A stretch of DNA of 64,000 bases. Source: Leucoraja ocellata (taxonomy: Eukaryota). Position 1 is the first letter of the stretch, and the number at the start of each line of letters is the position of its first letter. The notes below the pieces were generated by a model. That model did not search any database and was not told the origin of the DNA. It was given only the letters and a program-made list of their open reading frames with translations. A program made the position numbers and the translations under genes. The stretch is taken from assembly GCA_036785375.1 (NCBI GenBank), contig JAWMAR010000268.1, positions 1,860,001 to 1,924,000 of the forward strand, given 5' to 3'. Below, one piece after another: positions 12,936 to 25,086 of this stretch.

Positions 12936-14664
12936 AGGTTGAGTTGCTGCCTTACAGAGACCCGGGTTCGATCCTGACTACGGGTGCTCTCTGTATGGAG
13001 TTTGTCCGTTCTTCCCGTGACCTGCGTGGGTTTTATCCAAGATCTTCGGTTTCCTCCTACACTCCAAAGGCATACAGGTTTATAGGTAGTCACCCCCCAT
13101 CGGTCTGAAGAAGGGTTTCGGCCCGAAACGTCGCCTATTTCCTTCGCTCCATAGATGCTGCTGCACCCGCTGAGTTTCTCCAGCAATTTTGTGTACCTTC
13201 GATCTTCCAGCATCTGCAGTTCCTTCTTGAATGCATTTCGTTGTCTCTGTACTGTACACTGACAATGACAATTAAAATTGAATCTGAATCTGAATCTGAA
13301 TTTGAACACAGGTTTATAGGTTAATTGGCTTGGTATAAATGTAAATTGTTCCTAGCATGTGTAGGATAGTGTTAGTGAGCATGGATCGCTGGTCGGCACA
13401 GACTCGGTGGGCCGAAGGGCCTGTTTCTGTGAATGTATGTGTTGCCGCTGAGAATGTCGGAAGAGTTTTTGCACAGCTCTTTTTGTACATATTAATAATT
13501 CTGAATTATTTTTGGAAATTAAAAAAATATGTATTAACCCAGGGACATTGGGGAGGAGGGACAAGTCTGCCACAGACACCCCCTCAAACAGACATATCAA
13601 TGCAGGCGGGGACATGAATGGCAAGACTGCTTGGCGTTAGGATAGTTTGTGCACACTGCTGAATATAAAGCTGATGAATGTATAATCGCTGTGAATGTCA
13701 GAAGAATTTTTGCACTGATCTCTGTTCTGTATCTTTTTTTATATTCTCAATAAAGTTTATTTTTTGTAAAAAGAAATTTGCGTTGAAGTTGGTTGTATTT
13801 TGAATAATCTTCAATTCTACTATGGTGCAAAGTGCTGGAGTAACTCAGCGGGTCAGGCAGCATCTCTGGAGAATATGGATAGATGATGTTTCAGGTTTGG
13901 ACCTTTCCTCAGGGCAGTATTCCAGCACTTAGCCCCAGCATTTTCTGTCCTATTTTGTGATCCAGTAACTGCAGTTCCTTGTGTCTACAATTTTAATATG
14001 TATAAGAATTATATCCATGGAACTGTAAATTGAATGAGACTTAATTTCATTACCAAAGTCTGTACAACATTGCCAGCTATCACATCCAGTTTTAAATGTG
14101 TGCTACCAAATCGTTTTCAGTAGGCACAAAGTGCTTTAGTAACTCAGCGGGTCAGGCAGCATCTCTTGAGAAAAAGGATGGGTGATGTTTAGGGTCAAGA
14201 CCAGACTTCAGAGAGACATCACCCATTATTTTTCTACAGAGATGCTGCCTGACCTGCTGTGTGTTGATACAATGTGGAAACAGGCCCTTCGGCCCAACAT
14301 GCCCACCGACCGGCATGTCCCAGCTACACTAGTCCCACCTGCCTGCGTTTGGTCCATATCCTATATCCATGTACACAAAAAATCTGGAGAAACTCAGCGG
14401 GTGCAGCAGCATCTATGGAGCGAAGGAAATAGGCAACGTTTCGGGCCAAAACCCTTCTTCAGACATGGCCTCCTATATCCATGTGTTTACTCCAGCACTT
14501 TGTGTCTATCTTCGGTATAAACCAGCATCTGCAGTTCCTTTCCACACCAATAGTTTTCAGTATGCATCTAGTTTTAAATAAGTAGTGTTTTCTGCAGTGC
14601 TTTAATGAAACTTGCACTTCAGTTTTTCCCTTCATAGAACATGGTCACAAGCCCTTAGGCTACA

Positions 14665-15143
14665 AGGTTAATTCCCAGGATGGTGGGACTGTCATATGCT
14701 GAGAGAATGGAGCAGCTGGGCTTGTACACTCTGTGGAGTTTAGTAGGACGAGAGGGGATCTCATTGAAACATATAAGATTGTTAAGGGCTTGGACACACT
14801 AGAGGCAGGAAACATGTTCCCGATGTTGGGGGAGTCCAGAACCAGGGGCCACAGTTTGAGAATAAGGAGTAAGCCATTTAGAACGGAGACGAGGAAACAC
14901 TTGTCTCACAGAGAGTGGTGAGTCTGTGGAATTCTCTGCCTCATAGAGGGCGGTGGAGGCAGGTTCTCTGGATGCTTTCAAGAGAGAGCTAGATAGGGCT
15001 CTTAAAAATAGCAAAGTCAGGATATGAGGAGAAGGCAGGAACGGGGTACTGATTGGGGATGATCAGCCATGATCACATTGAATGGCGGTGCTGGCTCAAA
15101 GGGCCAAATGGCCTACTCCTGCACCTATTGTCTATTGTCTATT
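14665..15143 (+). mobile_element. CR1-clade LINE 3' end (representative of a dozen or more copies)
   Basis: RGDLIETYKIVKGLD...RTRGHSL...WNSLP; tail (CTATTGT)n. Other copies at about 1145-1405(-), 3690-3904(+), 16295-16765, 21985-22300(-), 22710-22980(+), 24535-25000(+), 49090-49660(-) and 61780-62660(+). Confidence 0.88.
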
Positions 15144-15490
15144 GGGTCAACGCAACCAATATGCCCCATCCAATCTAGACCCATTTCCCCATGAACCCTC
15201 TCAATCTTTCCAATCCATATACCTGTCTAAATGTATTTTAAATGTTGTTATTGCATCTGCCTCTACTGCTTTCTCTGGCAGCTTGTTCCATATATGTTCC
15301 ACCCTCTGTGTGTGAAAAAGTTGTTTGTTAGTTTTCCCTCTCACCCTAAACCCTTGTCCTCTGGTTCTTGATTCCTCTACCTGTACTGGGAATGAGGGCT
15401 CTGTGCATTCACCCTATCTGTCCCCCACAATTTGATACACCTCTGTAAGATTACCCTTCAGTCTCCTACACTCAAAGGGAATAAAGTCCT

Positions 15491-15871
15491 TCTGAAGGGG
15501 CAGCTCCTCAAAGTTTGGGCTCCACTTTAGTCTGACGCTAATGATTTTTGGGCACCCGGTACAGAGGGGGCCTGGCCTAGATGGCCATTGGCGGGTCCAG
15601 TCAGCGGATAGTCGATGGCCGCAAAGCGGTCGGCTGCCCGCCCCTTTTCCGGGGTTACCTCCGTGGAGAGGGAACACACCGTGTCCACGGGAACTCCGGA
15701 GACCTTCCGCGAATGCTGGTCGCCGCTGGAGGTCGAATGTATTGTTGATTAAATTGCTAATATTTGAATTTGATAACTTTTGTAAAATGCCACTATGGAC
15801 ATTCTTTGATCGTGTTACCACTCTGTATTTTTGTTTGTTCTGAATAAAAGCATTTTGTATTTTTTTGAAAA
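15491..15871 (+). mobile_element. Tx1-like LINE 3' end inserted in a CR1 relic
   Basis: Decayed IFGHPV...FRG...FRECWSP ORF2 C-terminus and AATAAA. 13-bp TSD GGAATAAAGTCCT (15478-15490 and 15872-15884). Confidence 0.7.
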
Positions 15872-16845
15872 GGAATAAAGTCCTAGCTTGCCCAGCCTCC
15901 CCCTACAACTCAGACCCTCAATTCCATGTAACATCCTCGTGAATCTTCGCTGCATTCTCGTTAGGTTAATGACATCTTTCTTATAGCAGGGTGAGCAAAA
16001 CTGAACACAATATTCCCAAGTGTAACCTCAGCAACATCTTAGTGTCATAGAATCATACAGCTCTGAAACAGGCCCTTCGGCCCAACTCCTTCATGCCCAC
16101 TCAAGATGCCTCATCTAAACTATCTGCTTTTGCCCCATATCCCTTTAAATCTTTCCTCTCCTTGTCTTGTACACTAGTTACATCAATTCATGTATTGAGT
16201 GCGTTATTCACACCATGACCACAAAAATATCGTCACAGATCCACAGTTGGTGATTTATTAAAAATATGATTAAAAATTTTAAAAGTGAAAACATGACAGG
16301 ACATGGGGAGGACTAGGTTTAAGGTGAAGGGGAAAGAGTTAAAAGGAATCTGAGGGGTAACTTTTTCACACATAGGGTGGTGGGTGTATGGAACAAGCTG
16401 CCAGAGGAGTTAGTTGAAGCTGGGACTATCCCAACATTCAAGAAACAGTTAGACAGGTACATGAATAGGACAGGTTTAGAGGGATATGGGCCAAACGCGG
16501 GAAAGTGGGACTAGTGTAGATGGGACATGTTGGCTATAGGAGCAGAATTAGGCCATTCGGCCCATCGAGTCTACTCCACCATTCAACCATGGCTGTCTAT
16601 ATCTTTCCCCCTCAACCCCATTCTCCTGACTTCTGCTCATAACACTTGACACCCTTACTAATCAAGAACATATCAATCTCTATCTTAAAAAATATCAATT
16701 GACTAGGCGGGGGGTGCAGTCGTCTGAGGCAATGAACTCCACAGATTCACCACCCTCTGACTAAAGAAGCGGGCAAGATGGGCCGAAGGGCCTGTGTCCA
16801 CTCTGCATGACTGGGGACTCTATGACACAGTCTCTATATTTTCTG

Positions 16846-17003
16846 TGGGTGCAGCAGCATCTATGGAGCGAAGGAAATAGGCAACGTTTCGTCCCGAAAC
16901 GTTGCCTATTTCCTTCGCTCCATAGATGCTGCTGCACCCGCTGAGTTTCTCCAGCTTTTTTGTGTAACCTTCGATTCTCCAGCATCTGCAGTTCCCTCTT
17001 CAC
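16846..17003. mobile_element. palindromic short Penelope-derived element about 165 bp upstream of the nanos3 ATG
   Basis: Same GTTTCG-TCC-CGAAAC centre and the same arms as the copies at 33230 and 41401. Confidence 0.85.
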
Positions 17004-17166
17004 ATCTAATGAGGCCATAAACAGCTTTGAGGATCACTGCCCGACAACACACCACAAACTGATAACAATCTTCAACCAATCTTATCATTCAGTCAGTAAC
17101 AATGCAGGAGTAACCTTTTTAAAGGTGGTTTCCCCAGTCGCCAGCACCTACTAGCAGCCAGGCACC

Positions 17167-18003
17167 ATGTTCAACATGTGGACAGACTATCTAGAGTTGA
17201 GTTCGCTGGTGCAGAGTATGTTTGAATCGCGGCACTCACCGGCAGAATCGAGAATGGAGACGGTGTGGAGAACACTGGACACTGGGCTGGCCGATGTGCA
17301 GAGCTGGAGGGCAGCTGGTGACTCAAGCCAACCTGTCTGGAAGAACAGCGTTACCGAGATACAACACACAGCAGATGCGATGAGGAGCCAGGGTTTGATG
17401 GAACTGGGGGCTGGCCAATTTTTGACAGCAGACACCGGTGCTGTAGGAAGAATGTATCGCAAAGGCATGAAGGAGCATCGCCTGCTCAATGTATTGGGGG
17501 AATCACAGCACATCCCACTGATTCCCAACCCTCCATCTCCCCACATACGTGCAGAAAGACAAACTGGTGTATGGAATTGTGAATCCAATGTCCTGCCATT
17601 AAAACATAGAGAGGTAGAAAGCCATAACTTGCTAGAAGACCTCTTTCCATCGACAGGAGGCTCTGGAGATAAGAAGGCATCCGGAGAACTTTTAGTTGTG
17701 CATTTTGGGGAGAATGGCCTGCTCCTCAGGGGAGACATGTCAGACTGTGATTTCACTGCCAGTAAGATGGGCCAACAGTCCAGTGTATGTACATTCTGTA
17801 AACGAAACGGAGAGTCGAGAAAGACCTACACTTCACATATCCTCAAAGACGCAAGCGGCAAGGTTGTTTGTCCAATTCTACGTGGATACACCTGCCCGCT
17901 GTGCAATGCCACTGGGGACAAAGCACACACCAAACGCTTCTGTCACCTTCAAGGTAATTATCGATCTACCTACAGGAAAACATCCAGACACATGGACAGC
18001 TGA
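17167..18003 (+). CDS. nanos3: Nanos homolog 3, single-exon ORF, 278 aa
   Basis: N-terminal NOT1-interacting motif [11 protein letters not shown]-terminal double CCHC zinc finger [10 protein letters not shown]...H...[12 protein letters not shown]...AHTKRFC; the AHTKRFC ending is nanos3-like. Kozak context GCACCATG. Synteny with mir-181, BRME1 and CC2D1A. Confidence 0.93.
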   Translation: MFNMWTDYLELSSLVQSMFESRHSPAESRMETVWRTLDTGLADVQSWRAAGDSSQPVWKNSVTEIQHTADAMRSQGLMELGAGQFLTADTGAVGRMYRKGMKEHRLLNVLGESQHIPLIPNPPSPHIRAERQTGVWNCESNVLPLKHREVESHNLLEDLFPSTGGSGDKKASGELLVVHFGENGLLLRGDMSDCDFTASKMGQQSSVCTFCKRNGESRKTYTSHILKDASGKVVCPILRGYTCPLCNATGDKAHTKRFCHLQGNYRSTYRKTSRHMDS

Positions 18004-18696
18004 GACTTGTTAGTAAACCACGCTGCAATGTGGCATTTTGGGTCGAGAGCCGTCCTCAGAGGAAAGTCACCCATCCATCCCTTTTCTCCAGAGATGCTGC
18101 CTGACCCACTGAGTTGTAGAGTCGTAGAGTGATACAGTATGGAAACAGGCCCTTCGGCCCAACTTTCCCACACCGATGTTAATCATTATCGTTAATGTAG
18201 CAAAATATATGTAGCAAACGTTTGATACTTTGATATTTTGCTTCTATGCTCTGTGGAGTTTCTTGTAATACTTAATAACAGCCCACAAGTTTAGCTAATG
18301 TATCTCTGTCACACCGGTGTGTCAGTCAAGATCACTTTAGTTTGAAAAGCAGTGTTTTAATTGTTAATTTAAATTGGCAATGTTGTACTGGCTGATGCCA
18401 AACTGACCGATCAGTCAAGATTAACGCAAAAAGCTGGAGTAACTCAGCGGGACAGGCAGAGAGAATGAACAGGAAACGTCACCCATTCCTTCCCTCTAGG
18501 GATGCTGCCTGTCCCGCTGAGTTACTCCAGCATTTTGTGTCTATCTTTGGTTTAAACCAGCATCTGCAGTTCCTTCTTACACATATCAGTCAAGGTGACA
18601 TTGGTTTGAAAATTAGTACGTTTAATAGTTCATTAAAATTAGCAATTGATATTGTAATCACTTTATTTCAAAGTTGTACTTATTTATATTGATCTA

Positions 18697-18703
18697 AATA
18701 AAA
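18697..18703 (+). terminator. candidate nanos3 polyadenylation signal (AATAAA) followed by a T/GT-rich tract
   Basis: First AATAAA I found after the stop codon (about 700 nt downstream), followed by TTTTTTAAGGTTTTTCCTGTG. Confidence 0.55.
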
Positions 18704-18967
18704 TAATTATTTTTTAAGGTTTTTCCTGTGATGGATATTTTAAAATGCAAACATCATTGCGGTAAAACAAAGCCTAGTTTTCTATTTGTGTCTTCCTCTG
18801 TTTACCCAATAACCCTGATGCTTATTTGGTCTAGAGTCAGTTGTATAAATAGTCTGAAGAAGGGTCTTGATCTGAAATGTCACCCATCCATGTTCTCCAG
18901 AGATGCTGCCTGATCCACTGAGTTACTCCAGCACTTTATGTCCATACATTTCGGGGCTTTGTTACAT

Positions 18968-19530
18968 TTCAAGTCAAGTCAAGTCAAGTCAAGTTTATTT
19001 GTCACATACACATACGAGATGTGCATTGAAATGAAAGTGGCAATGCTCGCGGAACAACAAAACAACCAAACAAATTATAAACACAATCATAACACACATA
19101 TTATTTTACATAATAAATAATAGAAGGAAAAACGTTCTGTAGAGTTAGTCCCTGGTGAGAAAGGCGTTTACAGTCCGAATTGCCTCTGGGAAGAAACTCC
19201 TTCTCAACCTCTCCGTTCTCACTGCATGGCAACGGAGGCGTTTGCCTGACCGTAGCGGCTGGAACAGTCCGTTGCAGGGGTGGAAGAGGTCTCTCATGAT
19301 TTTGTTTGCTCTGGAGTTGCACCTCCTGTTGTATAGTTCCTGCAGGGGGGTGAGTGAAGTTCCCATAGTGCGTTCAGCCGAACGCACTACTCTCTGCAGA
19401 GCCTTCTTGTCCTTGGCAGAGCAATTCCCGAACCAGATGGTAATGTTCCCGGACAAGATGCTTTTCACCGCCGCTGCGTAGAAGCACTGGAGGATCCTCG
19501 GAGACACTCTGAATTTCCTCAATTGCCTGC
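18968..19530 (-). mobile_element. Rex1/Babar-type LINE 3' end
   Basis: FYAAAVKSILSGNITIWFGNC...LQRVVRSAER...FQPLRSGKRLR...RSFFPEAIR; (TTGAC)n tail at about 18970-18993. Confidence 0.85.
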
Positions 19531-22339
19531 TCAATTGCATTTTCAAATCATGTTGAGAGTCTGCCTCACTTTCGGATATGGACTCACACATATAGGGCAG
19601 ACCAGGGAAAGAATCCTGAACGGTTTCATCATTGCTTAACATAGACACGAAAAGCTGGAGTAACTCAGCGAGTCAGGCAGCATTTCTGGAGGAAAGGAAT
19701 GGGTGACATTTCGGGTCGAGAGCCTTCTTCAGCCAGCGTTCCTCTGCTGCCTGACCCGCTGAGTTACTCCAGCATTTTATGTCCATCCTCAGTGTAAACC
19801 AGCATCTGCAGTCCCATCCCTCATCATTAAATCCCCGAATGACAACGGTGTGATTTGAACACATATCCAGACCTATCGCCAGGCCTCTAGATCCTAGTCC
19901 AGTAACGGGTCTGAAGACTTGAAACATCACCCATTCCTTCTCTCCAGTGATGCTGCCTGTCCCGCTGAGTTACTCCGGCATTTTGTGTCTTATCTTAGGT
20001 GTAAACCAGCATCTGCAGTTCCTTCCCACACTGAAACATCATCTATTCCTTTTCTTCACAGATGCTGCCTGACTCGAGTTACTCCAGCATTTTTGTGTCT
20101 TTCTTCAGCTTAATATTCTAATGTATACAGCCTTAAAATGAGTCTCTAAAAAAATATGCAAAGCTGACAAATGTTTCCAGAAAGAGTTCCGGACCTGAAA
20201 CGTTACCTATCCATGCTCTCCAGAGATGCTGCCTGACCTGCCGAGTTACTCCAGCACTTTGTGTACTTTTTTTGTAAACCAGCATCTGCAGTTCCTTGTC
20301 TCTCTCCATATATTTCCTGCCCTTCCCTTGGTCAGTAGCTGCTCAAATAGTTAAAGCAATGCTTTAACTATGTCCTACCTGAACAACTATTCCTACTTGT
20401 TCAGGTAGGAAGTACCTGCTAAAAAAAAGTGACTGAACTGTCAATGCACTGAGGAATTAATGTTTTTTTTTTCCAATTTAATAGTGCCAACCAACATCCA
20501 TTCATGATTGAAATTAACGAAAGACCCATGTGATACAGAACAGCACCAGTACAGGCCATTCGGCCCACATTGTCCATGGTGAACATGATGCCAAGTTAAA
20601 CTAATCTCTTCTGCCTGCATGTGGTCCATTCCCTACATATTCATTTGGTGGGCAAGACAGCTTTTATTAGTTTCTACGCACCTACATTCACCTGTCCCAC
20701 CTGATTTTCCCCTCCCCCCCCCCCCTACTTTCTTCACCTCTCCTGTTCCCCGGGCACCTGCTTCCACCATTCACCCATCAACCAGCCTTTGGCCTTAATC
20801 CCATCCCTGATACTGCCACCTACTGGCATCTTCCATCTCAGCCCTAATGTAGGCACTCGACCCAAAACATGAACTTAATGCGTATTAACCTGCTGAGTTC
20901 TTCCAGCATTGTCCCTCGCTGTACATACCGGCATCTGCAGTCTGTGTTATCCACGCACAACTTTCCTAGCAAGTAATTATTGTCTTACTGGGGTGGGAGA
21001 TTGGAACCTGCATGTGGTCCACCCTGTTTTGACGAATGCAATCAACCCGTCATGCACAATCAAGTTAGATCAAATAGAACAAGTTGTCCTACAACTTTAG
21101 GCTGTGCACGCCATACACAAGAAGATTGTCTTACTAACGTGAGTCAAGTTCAAGTTCAAGTGAGTTTATTGTCATGTGTCCCTGATAGGACAATGAAATT
21201 CTTGCTTTGCTTCAGCACACAGAACATAGTAGGCATTGACTACAAAACAGATCAGTGTGTCCATATACCATTATATAAATATATACACACATGCTTGGGA
21301 GGCCGAATAAAGTAAATAGAGTCATACAGGGTGTAAACAGGCCCTTCGGCCCACCATGCCCATGCCGATGGACGTGCCCCATCTATACTAGCCCCACCTG
21401 ACTGCGTTTGGCCCATATCCCTTTAAACTTATCCTATCCATTTACCTGTCTAAATGTTCTTAAACCTTGTGATAGACACAAAACCTTTAGTTTTGTAATG
21501 TTTAGCTAAAATCATTCATTGCAATCTTTTGGTTGAGAAACGGGGCGGTTTATACTTTGTTAGACTAAGGAACCCCATTGCATCCTTGAAGGTTCATTGG
21601 AAAGTAAATGAATATGCATTATGTTTACAAGACGTGAGCATCCCTGTGCAAGACCACACATTGTGACATTTGGTTGTAATCTTCCAGCATGTGTTGATTG
21701 CATGCAAGAGTGAGAGCAAGAGCTGCCAGGAGCCACTTTATTACTGCTGTGTCAGTGTGTTTTAAACCACTCCGCAGACATTTATAGACACAAAGTGCCG
21801 GAGTAACTCAGCAGGTTAGGCAGCATAAGGACATGTGACCCTCCCTTTTCTCCAGAGATGCTGCCTGACCCGCTGAGTTACTCCAGCACTTTATAAGGTA
21901 GACAAAATGCTGGAGAAACTCAGCGGGTGAGGCAGCATCAATGGAGGGAAGGAATAGGTGACGTTTCGGGTCGAGACCCATAAGGTCATAAATGATAGTA
22001 GAATCAGGCCATTCGGCCCATCTATTCTACTCCACCATTCAATCATGGCTGATCTATCTCTCCTAACCCCATTCTCCTGCCTTCTCCCCATAACCTCTGA
22101 CACCTGTACTAATCTATCTATCTCTGCCTTAAAAATATCCACTGATTAGGGCTCCACAGCTTTCTGTGGCAAAGAATTCCACAGATTCACCACCCTTTGA
22201 TTGACAAAATTTCTCATCTTCTTCCTAAAATAATCATCCGTTAATTCTAAGGCTCTGACCTCTAGTCCTAGACTCTCCCACTGGTGGAAACACCTTCTCC
22301 GCATCCAATTGCGTCTATCTTCGGAATAAACCAGCATCT

Positions 22340-22690
22340 GCAGTACCCCTCCATTGTCAGAGTGAGGTTAAACGCATATTGGAACAGCATCTCATATTTC
22401 AGTTGGGCAGCTGTCAACTTAGTGGTATGAATTTGATTTCTCTAACTTCAAGTAACCTCTGCATTCCCTCTCCATCCCTCCGCCACCCAAGTCATACCAG
22501 CCTCTCCTTCCTACCGAACACAGCTAACAATGACCTGTTTCCTTTATCATCATTACTTTTTTGCATATCTTTCATTCATTTGTTCTATATCTCTCTGCAT
22601 CACCGTCTATATCTCGTTTCCTTTTCCTTGACTAGTCTGAAGAAGGGTCTTGACCCAACACGTCACCCATTCCTTCTCTCCAGAGATGAA
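22340..22690 (+). mobile_element. decayed Penelope 3' fragment (GIY-YIG C-terminus plus terminal repeat)
   Basis: EQHLIFQLG...GMN matches the end of the 45.7-47.3 kb ORF. Similar relics at about 30128-30310 (-) and 47905-48150 (+); a YIDD RT relic at about 51895-51980. Confidence 0.75.
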
Positions 22691-23784
22691 ATATAAATGA
22701 TTTACCCCTTTAAGAATAAGGGGTAAGCCATTTAGAACGGAGACGAGGAAACACTTTTTCGCACAGAGAGATGTTGTGAGTCTGTGGAATTCTCTGCCTC
22801 AGAGGGCAGTGGAGGTCAGTTCTCTGGATACTTTCAAGAGAGCTAGATAGGGCTCTTAAAGATAGCAGTCAGGGGATATGTGGAGAAGGCAGGAACGGGG
22901 TACTGATTGGGGATGATCAGCCATGATTACATTGAATGGCCGAATGGCCTACTCTTGCACATATTGTCTATTGTCTATTGAGATGCTGCCTGTCCTGCTG
23001 ATACTCCAGCATTGTGTGTCTATGTTCAGATTAAACCAGCATCTAGTTCCTTTCTACCCATTTCCCCACCATTTTTTTTGTAATCTGCAGTTCTTTGTTT
23101 CCACGTGTATAACATCTGCTTGACAAACACACATCTTGAGCTGTGTGCTGCTGACACGTTCAGCGCTGGTTCTAAATTGAAACATTCCTCAGGGATTGCT
23201 GTGCTCACAACCTAATAGAATGCACCTTTAGAGGTTACTTAATCAATTTTATATATTATTTTAATAATTAATATTGAATGAGCTTGACTTTTCACGCAAA
23301 CTTACCCATCCTAGTTTTGTTAGCCAGAGAGTGAGGTGTCAAATGTAAATGGTAGTTATATTCTGCTGCTGTGAAAAATAATAATTGGTGCGACTGAGTC
23401 CTGCAGTTTAAATCTCTAATTACCCCACTTCATGTTTGTGTTTTTGGATCTTCTCCAAACAATCCCTGCTCATTTATTTTTCCATTGCCCCAGCAGTCAT
23501 TCTTGTGTGCTGTTAACTTTTTTTTTTTGTTCAGTGTCTCATTTGCAAGGCTTTTCAAATTCCAGCCAAGAGCCCCCAAGTGCAGCTGAAACCTCTCCAT
23601 ATTCGGTTCTTGTGTGGCAGATTCCTAGAACTGCTTCAGAAACTACAATTGACAGATTCATTTTCTGGATACAGTTCAGAGAAACTTGGTGGTTGCGGGT
23701 GGTGTGTGTGGTACTGTACATATTATAAGTGTGTAATATTTTTATCTTTTAAAACTTCTGCTCATTAGTCACAAAAATAATGAA

Positions 23785-24111
23785 AATTAGTAAGTTTAAT
23801 AGATCATTAAAATTAGCAATTGATATTATAATCACTGTATTTCAAAGTTGTACTCATTTATATTGTTTTAATAAATAAAATAAGTATTTTTTAAGGTTTT
23901 TCCTGTGATGGTGATTTTAAAAATACAAACATCATTGCAGTAAAACAAAGCCTAGTTTTCTATTTGTGCCTTACTCTGTTTACCCAATAACACCCGATGC
24001 TTATTTGGTCGGTGTATATCTAGAGCAAAGTCTATAAATAGTCTGAAGAAGGGTCTCGATCTGAAATGTCAGCTATTCATGTTCTGCATAGATGCTGCCT
24101 GACCCACTGAG
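23785..24111 (+). repeat. dispersed duplicate of 18611-18922 (nanos3 poly(A) region), flanked by 56-bp direct repeats
   Basis: Colinear high similarity to 18611-18922. Direct repeats at 23729-23784 and 24112-24167. Confidence 0.92.
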
Positions 24112-25080
24112 GTGTGTAATATTTTTATCTTTTAAAACTTCTGCTTATTATTCACAAAAATAATGAAGGTAGAAGAATGATGCTCTGCAGACTTGCTCGG
24201 TGACAAAGGCTTCCAACTTGAAACATCGTCTGTCCATATCCTCCAGATAGGTTGCTTAGTTTATTTTAGAGATACAGCATAGAAACAGACCCTTCAGTCC
24301 ACTGAGTCCATATTAACTATCAATCACACTAATTCTGTTATCCTACTTTCATGCCTTGGTATAATTGTAAATTGTTCCTAGTACGTGTAGGAGCGTGTAA
24401 ATGTATCGGCATCGCTGGACAGCGCAGACTCGGTGTTCCGAAGGGCATGCTTCCACGCTGTACCTCTAACCTTCATACCTGTGGTGAGTTAAGGGAGATG
24501 AATCTTCACAACATATGTTGTATATATTACAAAAGCAGTTTAGATCACCCTGCTATAGGAGGGATATCAGTAAGCTGGAAAGAGTGCAGAACGTTATGAG
24601 GTTGTTGCCAAGAATAGTGGGCATGAGCGTTAGGGAGAGGTTGGGCTGGCTAGGACTTTATTCCTCAGAGTGCAGGAGGCTGTGGGGTGATATGCAAGAG
24701 ATGTATAGAATCATGAAGGGAATAGATAGGGTGGCTGCAGAGTTCTTTTTCCAGGGTGGAGGAATCAAGAACTAGAGGGCATAGAAATCAAGAACTAGAG
24801 GGCATAGGTTTAAAGTGCGAGGGGAAAGTTTTAATATGAACCTGAGGGGCAACCTTTTCACACAGAAAGCACATGCAGTTGAGGTAGGTACAGTAACAAC
24901 AATTAAAGGTCAGGTGCATGGACAGGTATGGTTTAGAGGGATGCAGGAATTGCTTAGATGGGGCATCTTGGTTGAGTTGGGCCTGTTTCCATGATGTATG
25001 ACATGTACAAATGATTACATATATACTATCCTTCATTGAGAACAGATCAGTTGATTGCCGACCTTATTAAGAAACAAACT

Positions 25081-25086
25081 TTTATT
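25081..25086 (-). terminator. candidate BRME1 polyadenylation signal
   Basis: TTTATT on + (AATAAA on -), about 1.85 kb past the BRME1 stop, at the edge of unique sequence. Confidence 0.4.

Noticed and set aside
17187-17756. 189-aa minus-strand ORF
   Set aside because: Antisense shadow of nanos3, with no recognisable motif or splice support.
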